From contig JBHJHA010000030.1 in the NCBI GenBank assembly GCA_050331235.1, positions 1 to 35,168 of the forward strand: a stretch of 35,168 nucleotides of DNA, written 5' to 3'. The translations under genes and the position numbers were made by a program. This document shows, piece by piece, positions 18,775 to 28,785 of the stretch (within the stretch, counting starts at the first letter, position 1; the number at the start of each line of letters is the position of its first letter). A model generated the notes under the pieces. The model was not told the DNA's origin and made no database searches. It saw only the letters and a list, made by a program, of their open reading frames with translations. Source of the DNA: Leptolyngbyaceae cyanobacterium (GTDB lineage Bacteria; Cyanobacteriota; Cyanobacteriia; Phormidesmidales; Phormidesmidaceae).

Positions 18775-19343
18775 ATCAGCACTCCAGATAGCACACAACT
18801 AAATTAGAGATAAGGAAGTATTATGGCAGGCTCCAGCTACCCAATTGTCAGCTGGAAGGCCGGTGCCTGGTTGCCCTGTGAGTTCCTTAAGGGGGCAATC
18901 AATTTCTCTAGAGTCAGGTGGTGAGTCTTGTCTGTGTGGCAAACTCTCATCCCGTAAAGTTACCCAATCGCCTAACATCAGTCTTTAACTTTGGCCAGTC
19001 CCGCAGCATATTGGTCTCGCTTTACCTTGACCGTACATTACCTTGACCGTACATTTTTAAGTAGGGTTCCCAGCAGTTTTACTGGAACCAACAGAAAGAC
19101 ACTCACGGATGCTCCCCAGGTGCCATTACTCGCTCGACCAGACACCCTCTGTCGGAGGCCGGAGATCGCCCCCCATCACGCTATCGAGAAGGCCCTCTGG
19201 TCAACTACTACCGCTAAGGCGATTCATAGAATCTTTACAGTCGATTCACGGAAAATACGGAGTTGCTTGTGCCAGGCGCGCCACGCGCCTAATCGCTGTG
19301 AAGCTTCAGCTGGTTTGCCTGACCAGCACCGTCTAGCACCAGA

Positions 19344-20123
19344 TTAAAATTGTCGACGGGCAAAAATCAGCACTGTAATACTCAACAGCAACCCCGTGTA
19401 GACGATTCCATAGAGTAAGTGGCTCGTCAATTCAACCGAGCTCGGCAATAGTGCGAAACCGTATATCGCCTCATTTCGAAAATTGAGTCGCTCTAAGTCT
19501 GGCAAAAATAGGTAAATGCCGTTCGCCGCTTTCTGTAATCCGGCATTTTCGCTCAGTTTGCCCAGGGCCACAATATCCTGACTTAGATGACCCATGAGGT
19601 AAATGCCTAGCGTCAGCAGGGTCGCCAGTAGGGGACTCGTAAAGACGCTAAACAGCAGCGCCGCAGCGGCAATCAGAGTCATCTCCAACAGCATAAAGAG
19701 GACAGCGATCGCCAGGCTCCAGCCATTGAATGGAATTTGGTTAAGGGCCAGCACGACCACATAAATAATGGTCAAAAGCCCCAACAAAACTGCTAACACC
19801 GCTGTCAGGCCAAAATGCTTGCCTAGAACAAACTCTAAGCGACTGATCGGCTTGGCAATGAGCACCAGTACCGTGCGTTTTTCAATCTCTTTGCTGATGA
19901 GGCTAGTCCCCACAAAAACTGTGACTAGCAGCCCTAGCAAATGCATGCCTGCCAACCCGAGATCGAGGGTGATTTTGTCTTGGGTGCTAGCGGCAACGCT
20001 GGGCAGCAAGGCTGCCGCGGCAAACAACAGCACCGCGTAGACGGCCACCAGATATAAAATGCGATCGCGAATGACCTCCTTGAACACATTTGTTGCCACA
20101 ACCCACACACGCGAGAAACTCAT
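19344..20123 (-). CDS. ABC-2 type transporter permease
   Basis: NVFKEVIRDRILY and EIEKRTVLVLIAKPISRLEFVLGKHFG; about six TM helices; ends FARRQF. Confidence 0.88.
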   Translation of the reverse strand: MSFSRVWVVATNVFKEVIRDRILYLVAVYAVLLFAAAALLPSVAASTQDKITLDLGLAGMHLLGLLVTVFVGTSLISKEIEKRTVLVLIAKPISRLEFVLGKHFGLTAVLAVLLGLLTIIYVVVLALNQIPFNGWSLAIAVLFMLLEMTLIAAAALLFSVFTSPLLATLLTLGIYLMGHLSQDIVALGKLSENAGLQKAANGIYLFLPDLERLNFRNEAIYGFALLPSSVELTSHLLYGIVYTGLLLSITVLIFARRQF

Positions 20124-20187
20124 AAAGGCTCAACCACTCGTCTCCAGACCGATAATATCGCCTCGACTCGGGACCAGCGCGACCAGG

Positions 20188-21297
20188 TTAGGACGGCTCA
20201 AACCCTTGATCAAACAGTTCACATTGACCGTGGTGCCGCAACAGATGATCGCATAACACTAATGCCACCATCGCTTCGACCATGGGTACAGCCCGGGGCA
20301 AGACACAGGGGTCATGGCGACCCCGGGCCGCTAAGACAGTTTCCTCACCGGCATTGGTCACCGTCTTCTGCTCTTTGCGGATAGTCGCGGTGGGTTTGAA
20401 GGCGGCGCGAATGACGATATTTTCACCATTGCTGATGCCCCCCTGGGTGCCCCCGGAGCGGTTGGTGCGGGTGCGCCAGTTGCCAGCCTCGTCGGTGTAA
20501 AACTCATCGTTGTGCTCACTGCCGGTTAGCAGCGTCCCGGCAAAGCCAGACCCAAGTTCAAAGCCTTTGCTTGCCGGCAGTGACATCACCCCCTTGGCCA
20601 AGTCCGCCTCCAACTTGTCAAAGACGGGAGCCCCGAGGCCTTTGGGAACGCTGCGGGCCACGCATTCCACGACGCCGCCAATGGAGTCTCCCTGGTCACG
20701 CACCGCCTCAACCCGCTCAATCATGTGTTCTGCGGCTTCAGCATCAGGACATCGCACGATGTTGCTTTCAACCTGCTCTAAAGTCACCGTGTTGGGGTCG
20801 ATGACGCTTTCGATGTCTTGAATGCGCTTGGCGTAGCCGATGATTTCCCCCCCAGCGTACTGCTGCAAAATCTTTTTGGCGATCGCCCCCGCTGCCACTC
20901 GACCAATCGTTTCCCGTGCTGATGAGCGGCCGCCCCCCTGATAGTTGCGAAAGCCGTATTTGCTGTCGTAGGTCGCATCGGCGTGGGAGGGACGATAGGT
21001 CGTCGCCATCTCGCTATAGTCTTGGGGGCGCGGATCTTTGTTGCGGACAAAAATTGCAATGGGGGTGCCCAACGTTTTGCCCTGAAAGACTCCGGACACA
21101 ATTTCGCAGCGATCGGCTTCCTTGCGCGGAGTCGTGATTTTGCTTTGCCCAGGCCGTCGTCGATCAAGCTCCACCTGGATCTCTGCGGCCGTAAGGGCAA
21201 TTTGTGGCGGACAACCATCCACCACGACTCCCACTGCACCGCCGTGGGATTCGCCAAAGGTAGTGATGCGAAATAGGTGACCAAATGTATTGCCCAT
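20188..21297 (-). CDS. aroC: Chorismate synthase
   Basis: [33 protein letters not shown] and RHDPCV.PRAVP signatures. Confidence 0.98.
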   Translation of the reverse strand: MGNTFGHLFRITTFGESHGGAVGVVVDGCPPQIALTAAEIQVELDRRRPGQSKITTPRKEADRCEIVSGVFQGKTLGTPIAIFVRNKDPRPQDYSEMATTYRPSHADATYDSKYGFRNYQGGGRSSARETIGRVAAGAIAKKILQQYAGGEIIGYAKRIQDIESVIDPNTVTLEQVESNIVRCPDAEAAEHMIERVEAVRDQGDSIGGVVECVARSVPKGLGAPVFDKLEADLAKGVMSLPASKGFELGSGFAGTLLTGSEHNDEFYTDEAGNWRTRTNRSGGTQGGISNGENIVIRAAFKPTATIRKEQKTVTNAGEETVLAARGRHDPCVLPRAVPMVEAMVALVLCDHLLRHHGQCELFDQGFEPS

Positions 21298-21472
21298 AAA
21301 GCTTGAATCGTCTGTTGAAGAATATAGTTTGCCAGCCGAGCGGCGATCGCCTCTAGGGCAACCGGCTACAAACCATTATCGTATTACAGACTCAGAGGCG
21401 TTTGGGATGGGCGCACGGCTATCGAGCTGCCCATCACGGTCAACCCACAGCCACCCCACAGCGGCCAGGCAG

Positions 21473-22300
21473 TCAACTGAGTGACTGGCGCCACCGTTTG
21501 AACGCTAGGTATCGATGTAGCACGCATTGTTCCCACTGAGGTCGGTGCTTGCGGTAGTAGTACCGCTGGCTACGCCGATACTCCGCAGCCATCTTTGCGG
21601 CTGTTTTCCCTACTGAGTAGCCCCCAATGTGAATCAACGACACCTCAGGGGTGTAGAGGATTTGCCAACCCGCTGCTCGAAAGCGCTGGCAAAGGTCGGA
21701 CTCCTCGAAATACATAAAAAAGGTTTCGTCAAACCCGCCAACTTGCTCAAAGTGCGATCGCCGCATAAACATCGCCGCTCCGACTACGATATCCACTTGG
21801 CGATCGCGGCTGTACTTTTTTGCTAGCTGGGGACGGTTTTGCGGCTTACGATACTTTTGCACTAACTGCAGCGTTCGCCATTCGCCCCACAGCCCGATTT
21901 CATAGGCCGTTGAGAGCTGAAAGCTGCCATCTGGATTTAACAGTCGCGGCCCGACGATGCCAACATTGCGGGCCGACAGGAGCTTTTGCCTCAGCATTGG
22001 CAGAATATTGCTTTGGAGCAGCGTGTCTGAGTTCAACAAAAACAGGTACTCTCCCTGAGCCGCCCGCACCCCAATATTGTTTGCCGCACCAAAGCCTACA
22101 TTCTGGGTCTGCTGAATGAGGCGGACGCGGGGATATGTTTGCGCAATCAGCTCAGGGCTGCCATCCTGTGAAGCATTATCCACCACAATGACCTCCACCC
22201 TGAGCGGGTCGAAATGCTGAAATACCGAGGCCAGACAGTCTAGGATGACCCCACTGCCGTTGTAGTTCACCACGATGATTGACACCTGCACAGGGCTCAT
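21473..22300 (-). CDS. Glycosyltransferase family 2 (WbbL-like)
   Basis: SIIVVNYN, VVDNASQDGS, NVGFGAANN, LLNSD and GGFDETFFMYFEESDLC. Confidence 0.92.
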   Translation of the reverse strand: MSPVQVSIIVVNYNGSGVILDCLASVFQHFDPLRVEVIVVDNASQDGSPELIAQTYPRVRLIQQTQNVGFGAANNIGVRAAQGEYLFLLNSDTLLQSNILPMLRQKLLSARNVGIVGPRLLNPDGSFQLSTAYEIGLWGEWRTLQLVQKYRKPQNRPQLAKKYSRDRQVDIVVGAAMFMRRSHFEQVGGFDETFFMYFEESDLCQRFRAAGWQILYTPEVSLIHIGGYSVGKTAAKMAAEYRRSQRYYYRKHRPQWEQCVLHRYLAFKRWRQSLS

Positions 22301-22303
22301 CGC

Positions 22304-23332
22304 TCAGACCTTTTCTGCATGGGTGGGCATCAGTTTTTTATTGAGGCGGCGGATGTCAAAAATGAATTTGTTGAGCCAGAGTCTCAAGGTAATTCCTTGG
22401 GAGCCATAGCCTTTTTGGTAGCTGCGCAGGCCGAGCTTAAGGATTGACCAGCCAAAGTCAAAATGGGTTTCAGAAAATGGATTGCGGCGATCGCTGATTG
22501 GCGGGGAATAAAATCGCTGAAAAAATGCTTGGCTGAGGGCGCGGTGGATTCGGTAGCTCTGTAACGTTAATCGGCCTTTCTTTTTAAGCCACAGCAAAAT
22601 CTCAATGCGAATGGTGCCGGCCTGTTTTTCGGCCCCGACTACATTGTGATCATGCTGACGATATTGCCCCAAGGGTTGACGCACGTGAGCGATCTTTCCC
22701 TGGTGTGCTGCCGCCAGAGCTAACCAGTGATCGTGGTACCAATCGCCCGAGCGCTCTTGGAGCGGAAAGGGAAGCGCCGCTGCCAATAGCTGCCGCGAAA
22801 CCATGGCTGAGCAGCCCGTCACCGTATTCCGCAGCAGCAACAGTTCCGCATCTAACTTTTCGGGTTGGCGCTTTTCGTATGCCCATACAGACGGATGTTG
22901 AACAGTACCGGCAGCGTCAATCAGGGTCAAATCAGAATGGATGAGGAGCGCCTTTTGCTGTGTGATCGCGCTGAGCAGACAGCTCAGTTTGTGCGGGTAC
23001 CAGACATCGTCTTGGTCGGAAAACGCGATGTAGGTCATGTGCTCATCGGCCTGAAAGTAGCGCAGGCCATACTCAAAATTGTGGTAAGAGCCCAGGTTAT
23101 GGGGCTGGATATGAACTGTGAAGCGGCGATCGCCGGCCACCGCCTCCGTAATGCTCGCCTGAATCTCCGGCTTAGAACCATCATCAGCGATCAGACAGTG
23201 CCAATGTTGGAAATCTTGCTGCTGAATCGAGCGAATTTGAGCGAGGAAATGGTCGACGTTGGGGTTATAAGTCGTTAAGACAATGCCAATCTGCACTTTT
23301 GGCTGGCTCGTGCTCAGGGCCATCACACGCAT
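22304..23332 (-). CDS. Glycosyltransferase family 2 (rhamnosyltransferase-like)
   Basis: LTTYN, ADDGS, FSDQDDVW..KL, HSD, NTVTGCS, HDHWLAL and YRQHDHNVVG. Confidence 0.9.
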   Translation of the reverse strand: MRVMALSTSQPKVQIGIVLTTYNPNVDHFLAQIRSIQQQDFQHWHCLIADDGSKPEIQASITEAVAGDRRFTVHIQPHNLGSYHNFEYGLRYFQADEHMTYIAFSDQDDVWYPHKLSCLLSAITQQKALLIHSDLTLIDAAGTVQHPSVWAYEKRQPEKLDAELLLLRNTVTGCSAMVSRQLLAAALPFPLQERSGDWYHDHWLALAAAHQGKIAHVRQPLGQYRQHDHNVVGAEKQAGTIRIEILLWLKKKGRLTLQSYRIHRALSQAFFQRFYSPPISDRRNPFSETHFDFGWSILKLGLRSYQKGYGSQGITLRLWLNKFIFDIRRLNKKLMPTHAEKV

Positions 23333-23387
23333 CGACTCTTCAGCAGCAGGATACCTTACCTTGGGATAAACCGCGTACAGGGATCAC

Positions 23388-24302
23388 TTAACGCACCAGC
23401 AAAATTGATTTGATAGGACGTTCGATGGGCTGCCCCGCCGCATCTAGACGCCCAAACACCGTATTCCCTTCGAAGTATAAGCCGCTGGAGCTGCCGCCAT
23501 CTAAATTGAGCGCTTGCGTCACCTCGAGGTCAGTAAGTACATCGGCGACCTCTGACAGCGTCAGCCCGCTTGGCTGCTCGACATCTGGAAGTTGGCTGGC
23601 CATCACCAAAATAACAGTGCCATCAGCTTTCAGACCCACAGCTGAGCGAGCATTGCGACTCTGACTCCCGATCGCATCGCGCACCACCTCTCCCGCTGCA
23701 TTATCGGCTAAAAAGCCCTCTGCATAGCCCGTCATGCTCGGCAGCAGTTGCGGCCCAGCTCCCACGGCCTCGCTCAGCTCACAGCCTTGGGGGACAGCGG
23801 CCTCGCGGACTGTGATGTCATAGCGCGAGCTGCCCTCGCAGTCGTAGATGCGAAACTCTGAACGGTTGAGAATCAGGGGCAGGAAGGCCTGCAGCTGCGG
23901 GTTCCCCATCAGGCGCGGATTTTGTCGCGGATCGGCCACAACCTCACCGGCCATTGCGACGAAGGAAGTTGTGAGGCCATTTTGCGGGTCAAAGAAACCT
24001 GCATTAATGGCAGCGATCGCTGATGTCTCCTGGGCCAGTGTCGGCAAGGTGGCGAGGGCCCCTTTGCTGACGACATGCACTTGCTGCGGAGCATCAGGCG
24101 GCACCGTTACAACATGGATCTGACTAGTCGGCCGCTCCACCACTTGGTACGTGACCTGGGGCGGGGGTTTGGTCGGGGCAGTCGTGTCCGCTGGCTGAAC
24201 GGTGACCGCCTCAGGGGCTGGAGCCGCAGGCCGCAGCACGGTACAGCTCGTGAACAACGCACCAATGCCTAAGATGAGAATGTCCGCTCTGAACAAGGGC
24301 AA
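23388..24302 (-). CDS. Phosphodiester glycosidase (NAGPA/DUF2233) family lipoprotein
   Basis: AINAGFF, GAGPQL, ARSAVG and ALNLDGGSSS; lipobox-like FTSC. Confidence 0.85.
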   Translation of the reverse strand: MPLFRADILILGIGALFTSCTVLRPAAPAPEAVTVQPADTTAPTKPPPQVTYQVVERPTSQIHVVTVPPDAPQQVHVVSKGALATLPTLAQETSAIAAINAGFFDPQNGLTTSFVAMAGEVVADPRQNPRLMGNPQLQAFLPLILNRSEFRIYDCEGSSRYDITVREAAVPQGCELSEAVGAGPQLLPSMTGYAEGFLADNAAGEVVRDAIGSQSRNARSAVGLKADGTVILVMASQLPDVEQPSGLTLSEVADVLTDLEVTQALNLDGGSSSGLYFEGNTVFGRLDAAGQPIERPIKSILLVR

Positions 24303-24339
24303 TGGCCTCTTCCCATTCGCTAATTGTCCCCATTATCGG

Positions 24340-24723
24340 CTAAGGACAGGAGCATATCGCACCTTCGTACTGGGCCCGCAGCGATCGCTGCCATAGACAC
24401 AGCAGCCGCTGTTCTAGCCGAGGGTCTAGCTCCGTCATAAAGATGCCCTCATCCTGATCGGGGCTCTCGGATAGCCATAGCCCCGACAACGTAATCTCAA
24501 ACCAATCACCATCGCAGCGAGTCAGCTGTAAGGCGCGCAGCTTTTCTCCCACGTGGGGACCGATAAATGCGGCCGCAAGGGGAATGCTCGCCTCGATGGG
24601 CTGCACCATAATCGGACGCTGTGCGCGGGCTGATGTGCAGACGCGATCGCTTAACAACAAACTCAGCGGTTCGGGGCAATACTCGAGGCAAAGCCCAGTC
24701 TCTGTATAGGTTGCTTTCAACAT
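24340..24723 (-). CDS. alr0857 family protein
   Basis: MLKATYTETGLCLE start, CDGDWFEITLSGLWL, EGIFMTEL and E..L..LWQ, recognised from the cyanobacterial alr0857 family. Confidence 0.75.
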   Translation of the reverse strand: MLKATYTETGLCLEYCPEPLSLLLSDRVCTSARAQRPIMVQPIEASIPLAAAFIGPHVGEKLRALQLTRCDGDWFEITLSGLWLSESPDQDEGIFMTELDPRLEQRLLCLWQRSLRAQYEGAICSCP

Positions 24724-25511
24724 GGAGACACCCAAAGAAAAAAACAAAAACCAAACGCAAAAGTCTCTCAAGGGCGCTGCCTGTAGCCGATTTTGGCTCA
24801 CGCAGACGCGGCTCTGGTAATAAAACGGGTGCTAATGGCAAGTACTACGCCAGTGATCCGTCGGTCACATTAACCAACTGCTGGTTTAGTCCTCCGTCCA
24901 ATTCGGCCAACTCAGTAGTCCCACCTAACTGCCCATGACCTTCTGAGTCGCCAGAGAGGGGTTAGGGGGGGCGATCGCGCGGTTGCAAATCTCGCTTCGC
25001 CCGCCTGGCCGCTGCTTAGAATATCTAGCGCGATGCCAAGGAGTGAGTGTGTCCCTTGGCCAACTACATCAGCAGTTGGTCGTAAGGTTAAAGAGAGTTA
25101 ACCGTGGCGCAGCAACCATCCAGAAGCACATTGGTGTCGATACCAAAGCCTCAGCACGATGGCCCCAATCCCTGGAGTCTTGCCGAGCCCCTTGCCCACG
25201 AGGCGATCGCGCATCATAGGTCGCAAATCATCGAGCCCCAAGGTCAGCGGCGTTAAATACCTGAGAGAGCCATTGCCGGCTGCAATCACTCCATCCATCA
25301 GGCATCCGGTGGCGTCAACGCCAATGTTGCGAATTGGGATGCAGATGATTTGAATGAACTGATTCAGCATGGGTAGGTCTCCATACGCAGCATTTTTTAA
25401 AAATGCCTTAGACAGTCTCGTACTTGGGTCAATACTACACTCGTAATACAAAAGTGTCCAGCCAATTGCCCAAGAGTTTTGAGGCCCTGAAGCACGAACT
25501 GACCAACTACC

Positions 25512-26369
25512 CTAGCGACGATTGGGCGGCCTCTGGGACGGCGGCGGTGAGGCTTCGCCATTTTCTCCACCTGTGGGGGTATTCATTAAATCGACCAAGC
25601 CCTCCGATAGAAACTTGGGATCCATAAACAAAACTTTGGAATTGTTACTTTCACCCAGCTTTTGATTGGCTTCTACATATTGCTGGGCAATCAGGAATTT
25701 TAAAATTTCCTGCGCATCCGGCCGATCTTTGAGGGCTTGTGACAACAGTTGAATCGACTGCACGGTTCCCTGGGCGCGCTTGACCGAGGCTTGTTGGTCG
25801 CCCTCGGCCTCCAACACCGTGGCGCGACGCTTCAACTCAGCGGCCTGCTGCTGCTGCATCGACTCCAACACAGACTGAGGGGGATCAATACTCTGCACCT
25901 CAACCCGCGTTACTTTAACGCCCCATGGGGCTGTGGCTTCGTCCAACTGATCTAACAAGGCTTGGTTCAGACTATCCCGCGACGAAAAGGTGTCTTCAAA
26001 GGGCATTTTGCCGATTTCCGATCGCAGGGTCGTGACCACCAACTCTCGAATCGCAGCCTGGATATTTTCAATCTCGTAATAGGTGCGTTCAAGGTCTAAG
26101 ATCCGCCAATAGACCACGGCATCTACCTCTAGCGCCACGTTATCGCGGGTAATCGCCGATTGAGGCGGTACGTCGAGGAGCCGTTCGCGAATGCTCTCTT
26201 CTAGAACGATGGTATCTAAAAACGGGACAATGAAGTTGAGACCAGGGCGAAGCTTGCGATGATAGCGCCCGAGCCGCTCAACCAAAGCCTGGTTACCTTG
26301 ATTGACGATGCGTACTGAGCCCACCGTGTAACCAATTACAATCAGCGCCAAAATCGTAAAAATCGCCAT
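25512..26369 (-). CDS. SPFH/band 7 (stomatin/QmcA-like) membrane protein
   Basis: LVERLGRY..L.PGLNFIVPFLD, PPQSAITRDNV, TTLRSEIG and WGVKVTRVE. Confidence 0.93.
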   Translation of the reverse strand: MAIFTILALIVIGYTVGSVRIVNQGNQALVERLGRYHRKLRPGLNFIVPFLDTIVLEESIRERLLDVPPQSAITRDNVALEVDAVVYWRILDLERTYYEIENIQAAIRELVVTTLRSEIGKMPFEDTFSSRDSLNQALLDQLDEATAPWGVKVTRVEVQSIDPPQSVLESMQQQQAAELKRRATVLEAEGDQQASVKRAQGTVQSIQLLSQALKDRPDAQEILKFLIAQQYVEANQKLGESNNSKVLFMDPKFLSEGLVDLMNTPTGGENGEASPPPSQRPPNRR

Positions 26370-26691
26370 TGCACGCTCCTTGTGAGGCGTACTGAGTCAT
26401 CGTAAGTCTAATCCCTTTCACCCAAATCGAACGGTCCAACAGTTGTCTTGCTCCGTTCGAGGTGGGCGAGCCTACGACCTTATTCGGACGCCGACTGCGA
26501 TGGGAAGCCAACAGACTACCCCGAGAACATGACGTGAAAGGTAGTTCCCTTGTTCTATCTTCACCCACAGTCAATAATTTTGGCAATGTTTGCCCGTCGC
26601 TTCGAGTTTCGCCATCAAGCGGACCTGATCAACGGCAATGCTGGGCCGGGCAGTCTTCAGCAACCAGGCCCACCGCAGCGCAAATCGCAGC

Positions 26692-27003
26692 CTAAACGCC
26701 GGATTGAAATAGCGCGATGAGGGTGCCGATGCCCACGGCAATCATCAGTCCAGCGGGAAAGAAGCGTCGGGTTTTGAGCAATCGAACACAAAACACGATG
26801 ACCAGTAGCAGGGTGACCGCGATCGCCAGTACCCCACCCCAAGTCTGTGCCTGCAAAATCGCAATCCCTGCAACGATTAATAAGACGCCTGTGGCGATAC
26901 CCGATATCATCGATGCCTTGCTGCCCGCCTGCTGGTAGCCAATTACCCCACCCACAATCGACAGCACAGCGTAAATCAAGGTCATGATGGCGGCAGGCGA
27001 CAT
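26692..27003 (-). CDS. TMEM14 family membrane protein
   Basis: YAVLSIVGGVIGY..AGSKASMISG and RLLKTRRFFPAGLM. Confidence 0.9.
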   Translation of the reverse strand: MSPAAIMTLIYAVLSIVGGVIGYQQAGSKASMISGIATGVLLIVAGIAILQAQTWGGVLAIAVTLLLVIVFCVRLLKTRRFFPAGLMIAVGIGTLIALFQSGV

Positions 27004-27068
27004 GGTGATTTTCCTCAGAACTGGGTTTAGCTTATTAGCTTAGTGGACGATGACAGTTCCTCAATATC

Positions 27069-28537
27069 TCATCGGGCAGATTCATGCTGCCGGCTGAGTC
27101 GTAACCGCTCATAGTGCCGTAGCCGCTGCTGCTGGCTGAGTAGAGCCGTCGTCTGACCATAGATGCGCAGCAGGTCGGCGACAGTTTGTTCGGCGGTTTC
27201 GCAGGCCCCTTCCATGTAGCCTTGATAGGCCCGTGAGCAATGCTCTCCAGCAAAAAGTACGCGTCCCGCTGTCGCCCTTCCCACCCGTAAAATGCTGACC
27301 ACTGCCCCACTCCATAGCAGGAGTAAGCACCCTGGCTCAGCGGATCGCTAAGCCAATTGCTCTGCAAAACGGCAGGCGTCGTACGAGCCTGGCTAATTGT
27401 GGGAAAGAGCTGTTCTAGATTGGTGTGTAAGGTGTGGGCGATCGCCGCTGGTGCCGCCTGGGCGATCGCCTGGCCTGCCGCCAGGATAGGTCACCAACAG
27501 AGCCCCCGTTGCAGCCAACACGCTATCGCTCGCCTCCCAACAGTGATGAACCGGTAAATCGGTATAAACCAAACCATTCCACCCTTGGTCGCGCCAAACC
27601 GGGTGATGATAGGCCGAAAACATCTTGACGGGAGTGCTGTAGCAGAGCTGATCGATGGCTTGTCGCTGCCGAAGGGGAAGCTCAATGTTCAAGGGTAAAT
27701 GACGTAACACGCTGAACGGCAACGTCAGCACGACAGCCGAATAAAGGCGATCGCCTACGGTATTACCCTGTTTCAACGTGACCCGGTACTGGCCATCTGG
27801 CTGCGCAGTCACCGCCTCCAACTGGGTAGAGAGCTGCACCTGCGATCGCACGTGCGTATAGAGGGCCATAGGCAGTTGCTGATTCCCTCCTCGTAGGTAG
27901 TACCGCTCATCACTCTGGCCAAACCAGGACTCACAATCCCCCCGATTGGCAAAATAGCTCAGCAAGTTTAGACTCGATTGCGCAGCGGCCTCCATGCCGT
28001 ACTTAATGGTGTAAGCCGTGGTCGCCGCCTGATACAGCGCCTCAGACACGCCCCCTCGGGCAAGATAGTCGGAGATGGATAACATATCCAGGGTCGCGAT
28101 CGCCGGCGTCACCGCCCCGGTTTGCATAAATTGCTGGACGGCTTGCCAGTCTCGGTGCCGGGCGCGCAAAAAAGTCGTAAACTCTGCTAGCAGTGCTGCC
28201 CCATCCCCCCGTCGCTGCCGAAACCAAAATAGATCACTGCCTGCGGTTGGCCCCTGCTGCCATAGATCCACAATGGGGAGTCCTAAGCTTTGCGCCAAGC
28301 TCAGACAGGCTACATGGTCAGAGTCAAATGCTTCGCCTCCTAGCTCAGCCGCCAGGCCAGACTCCAACGCGTTGACGATACTGTGAATTCTGCCGCCCGG
28401 GCGAGGTCGCGCTTCCACCACATCCGCGGTGAGGCCAAATTGCTTTAATCTGAAGGCAACGACCAACTGAAGGCAACGACCAAGCCAGCTAAGCCAGCGC
28501 CCACTATCAGCGTATTTGCCGAATTATGCGCTTTCAT
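27069..28537 (-). pseudogene. Flavin monoamine/amino-acid oxidase, broken by three frameshifts
   Basis: Start MKAHNSANTLIVGAGLAGL; EAR.RPGGRI, AELGG, GGNQQL, W..DP...GAYS and LFAGEH...QGYMEGA lie in different frames. Lesions: 17-bp duplication at 28450-28483, plus frameshifts near 27475 and 27270. Confidence 0.88.
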
Positions 28538-28785
28538 ACAAAGTCGCTTAATAAAGTAAATCCCAGCGATAAACCCTGTAATCTTTTGATTGATTAAAAC
28601 CGAGTACGGAAACCCTTAGCCAGACAAGCTGCGGAGTTTTGCTCTACCGAAAAGACAGGCCTGTCAATGATTATCGGTGCTAATGATGATCAGCGCTGGT
28701 ACTGTCATCAAGGCGCTGGTGCCGGGCCCACATAGGCTGAAAACCGTCCTCTACTGTCACAACCATTGGGAGTATCCAGAGACCT

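Noticed and set aside
18800..19340. ORFs and a possible riboswitch upstream of wza
   Set aside because: No recognisable protein or riboswitch consensus; only a small hairpin and the tandem duplication.
24724..24841. N-terminal extension of alr0857 and the 111-aa ORF 24506-24841
   Set aside because: The family start is MLKATYTE; this stretch is better explained as non-coding leader.
26490..26520. Cobalamin-riboswitch-like words (ACTG...GGGAAG)
   Set aside because: Wrong strand for the adjacent genes, and the other conserved elements are missing.
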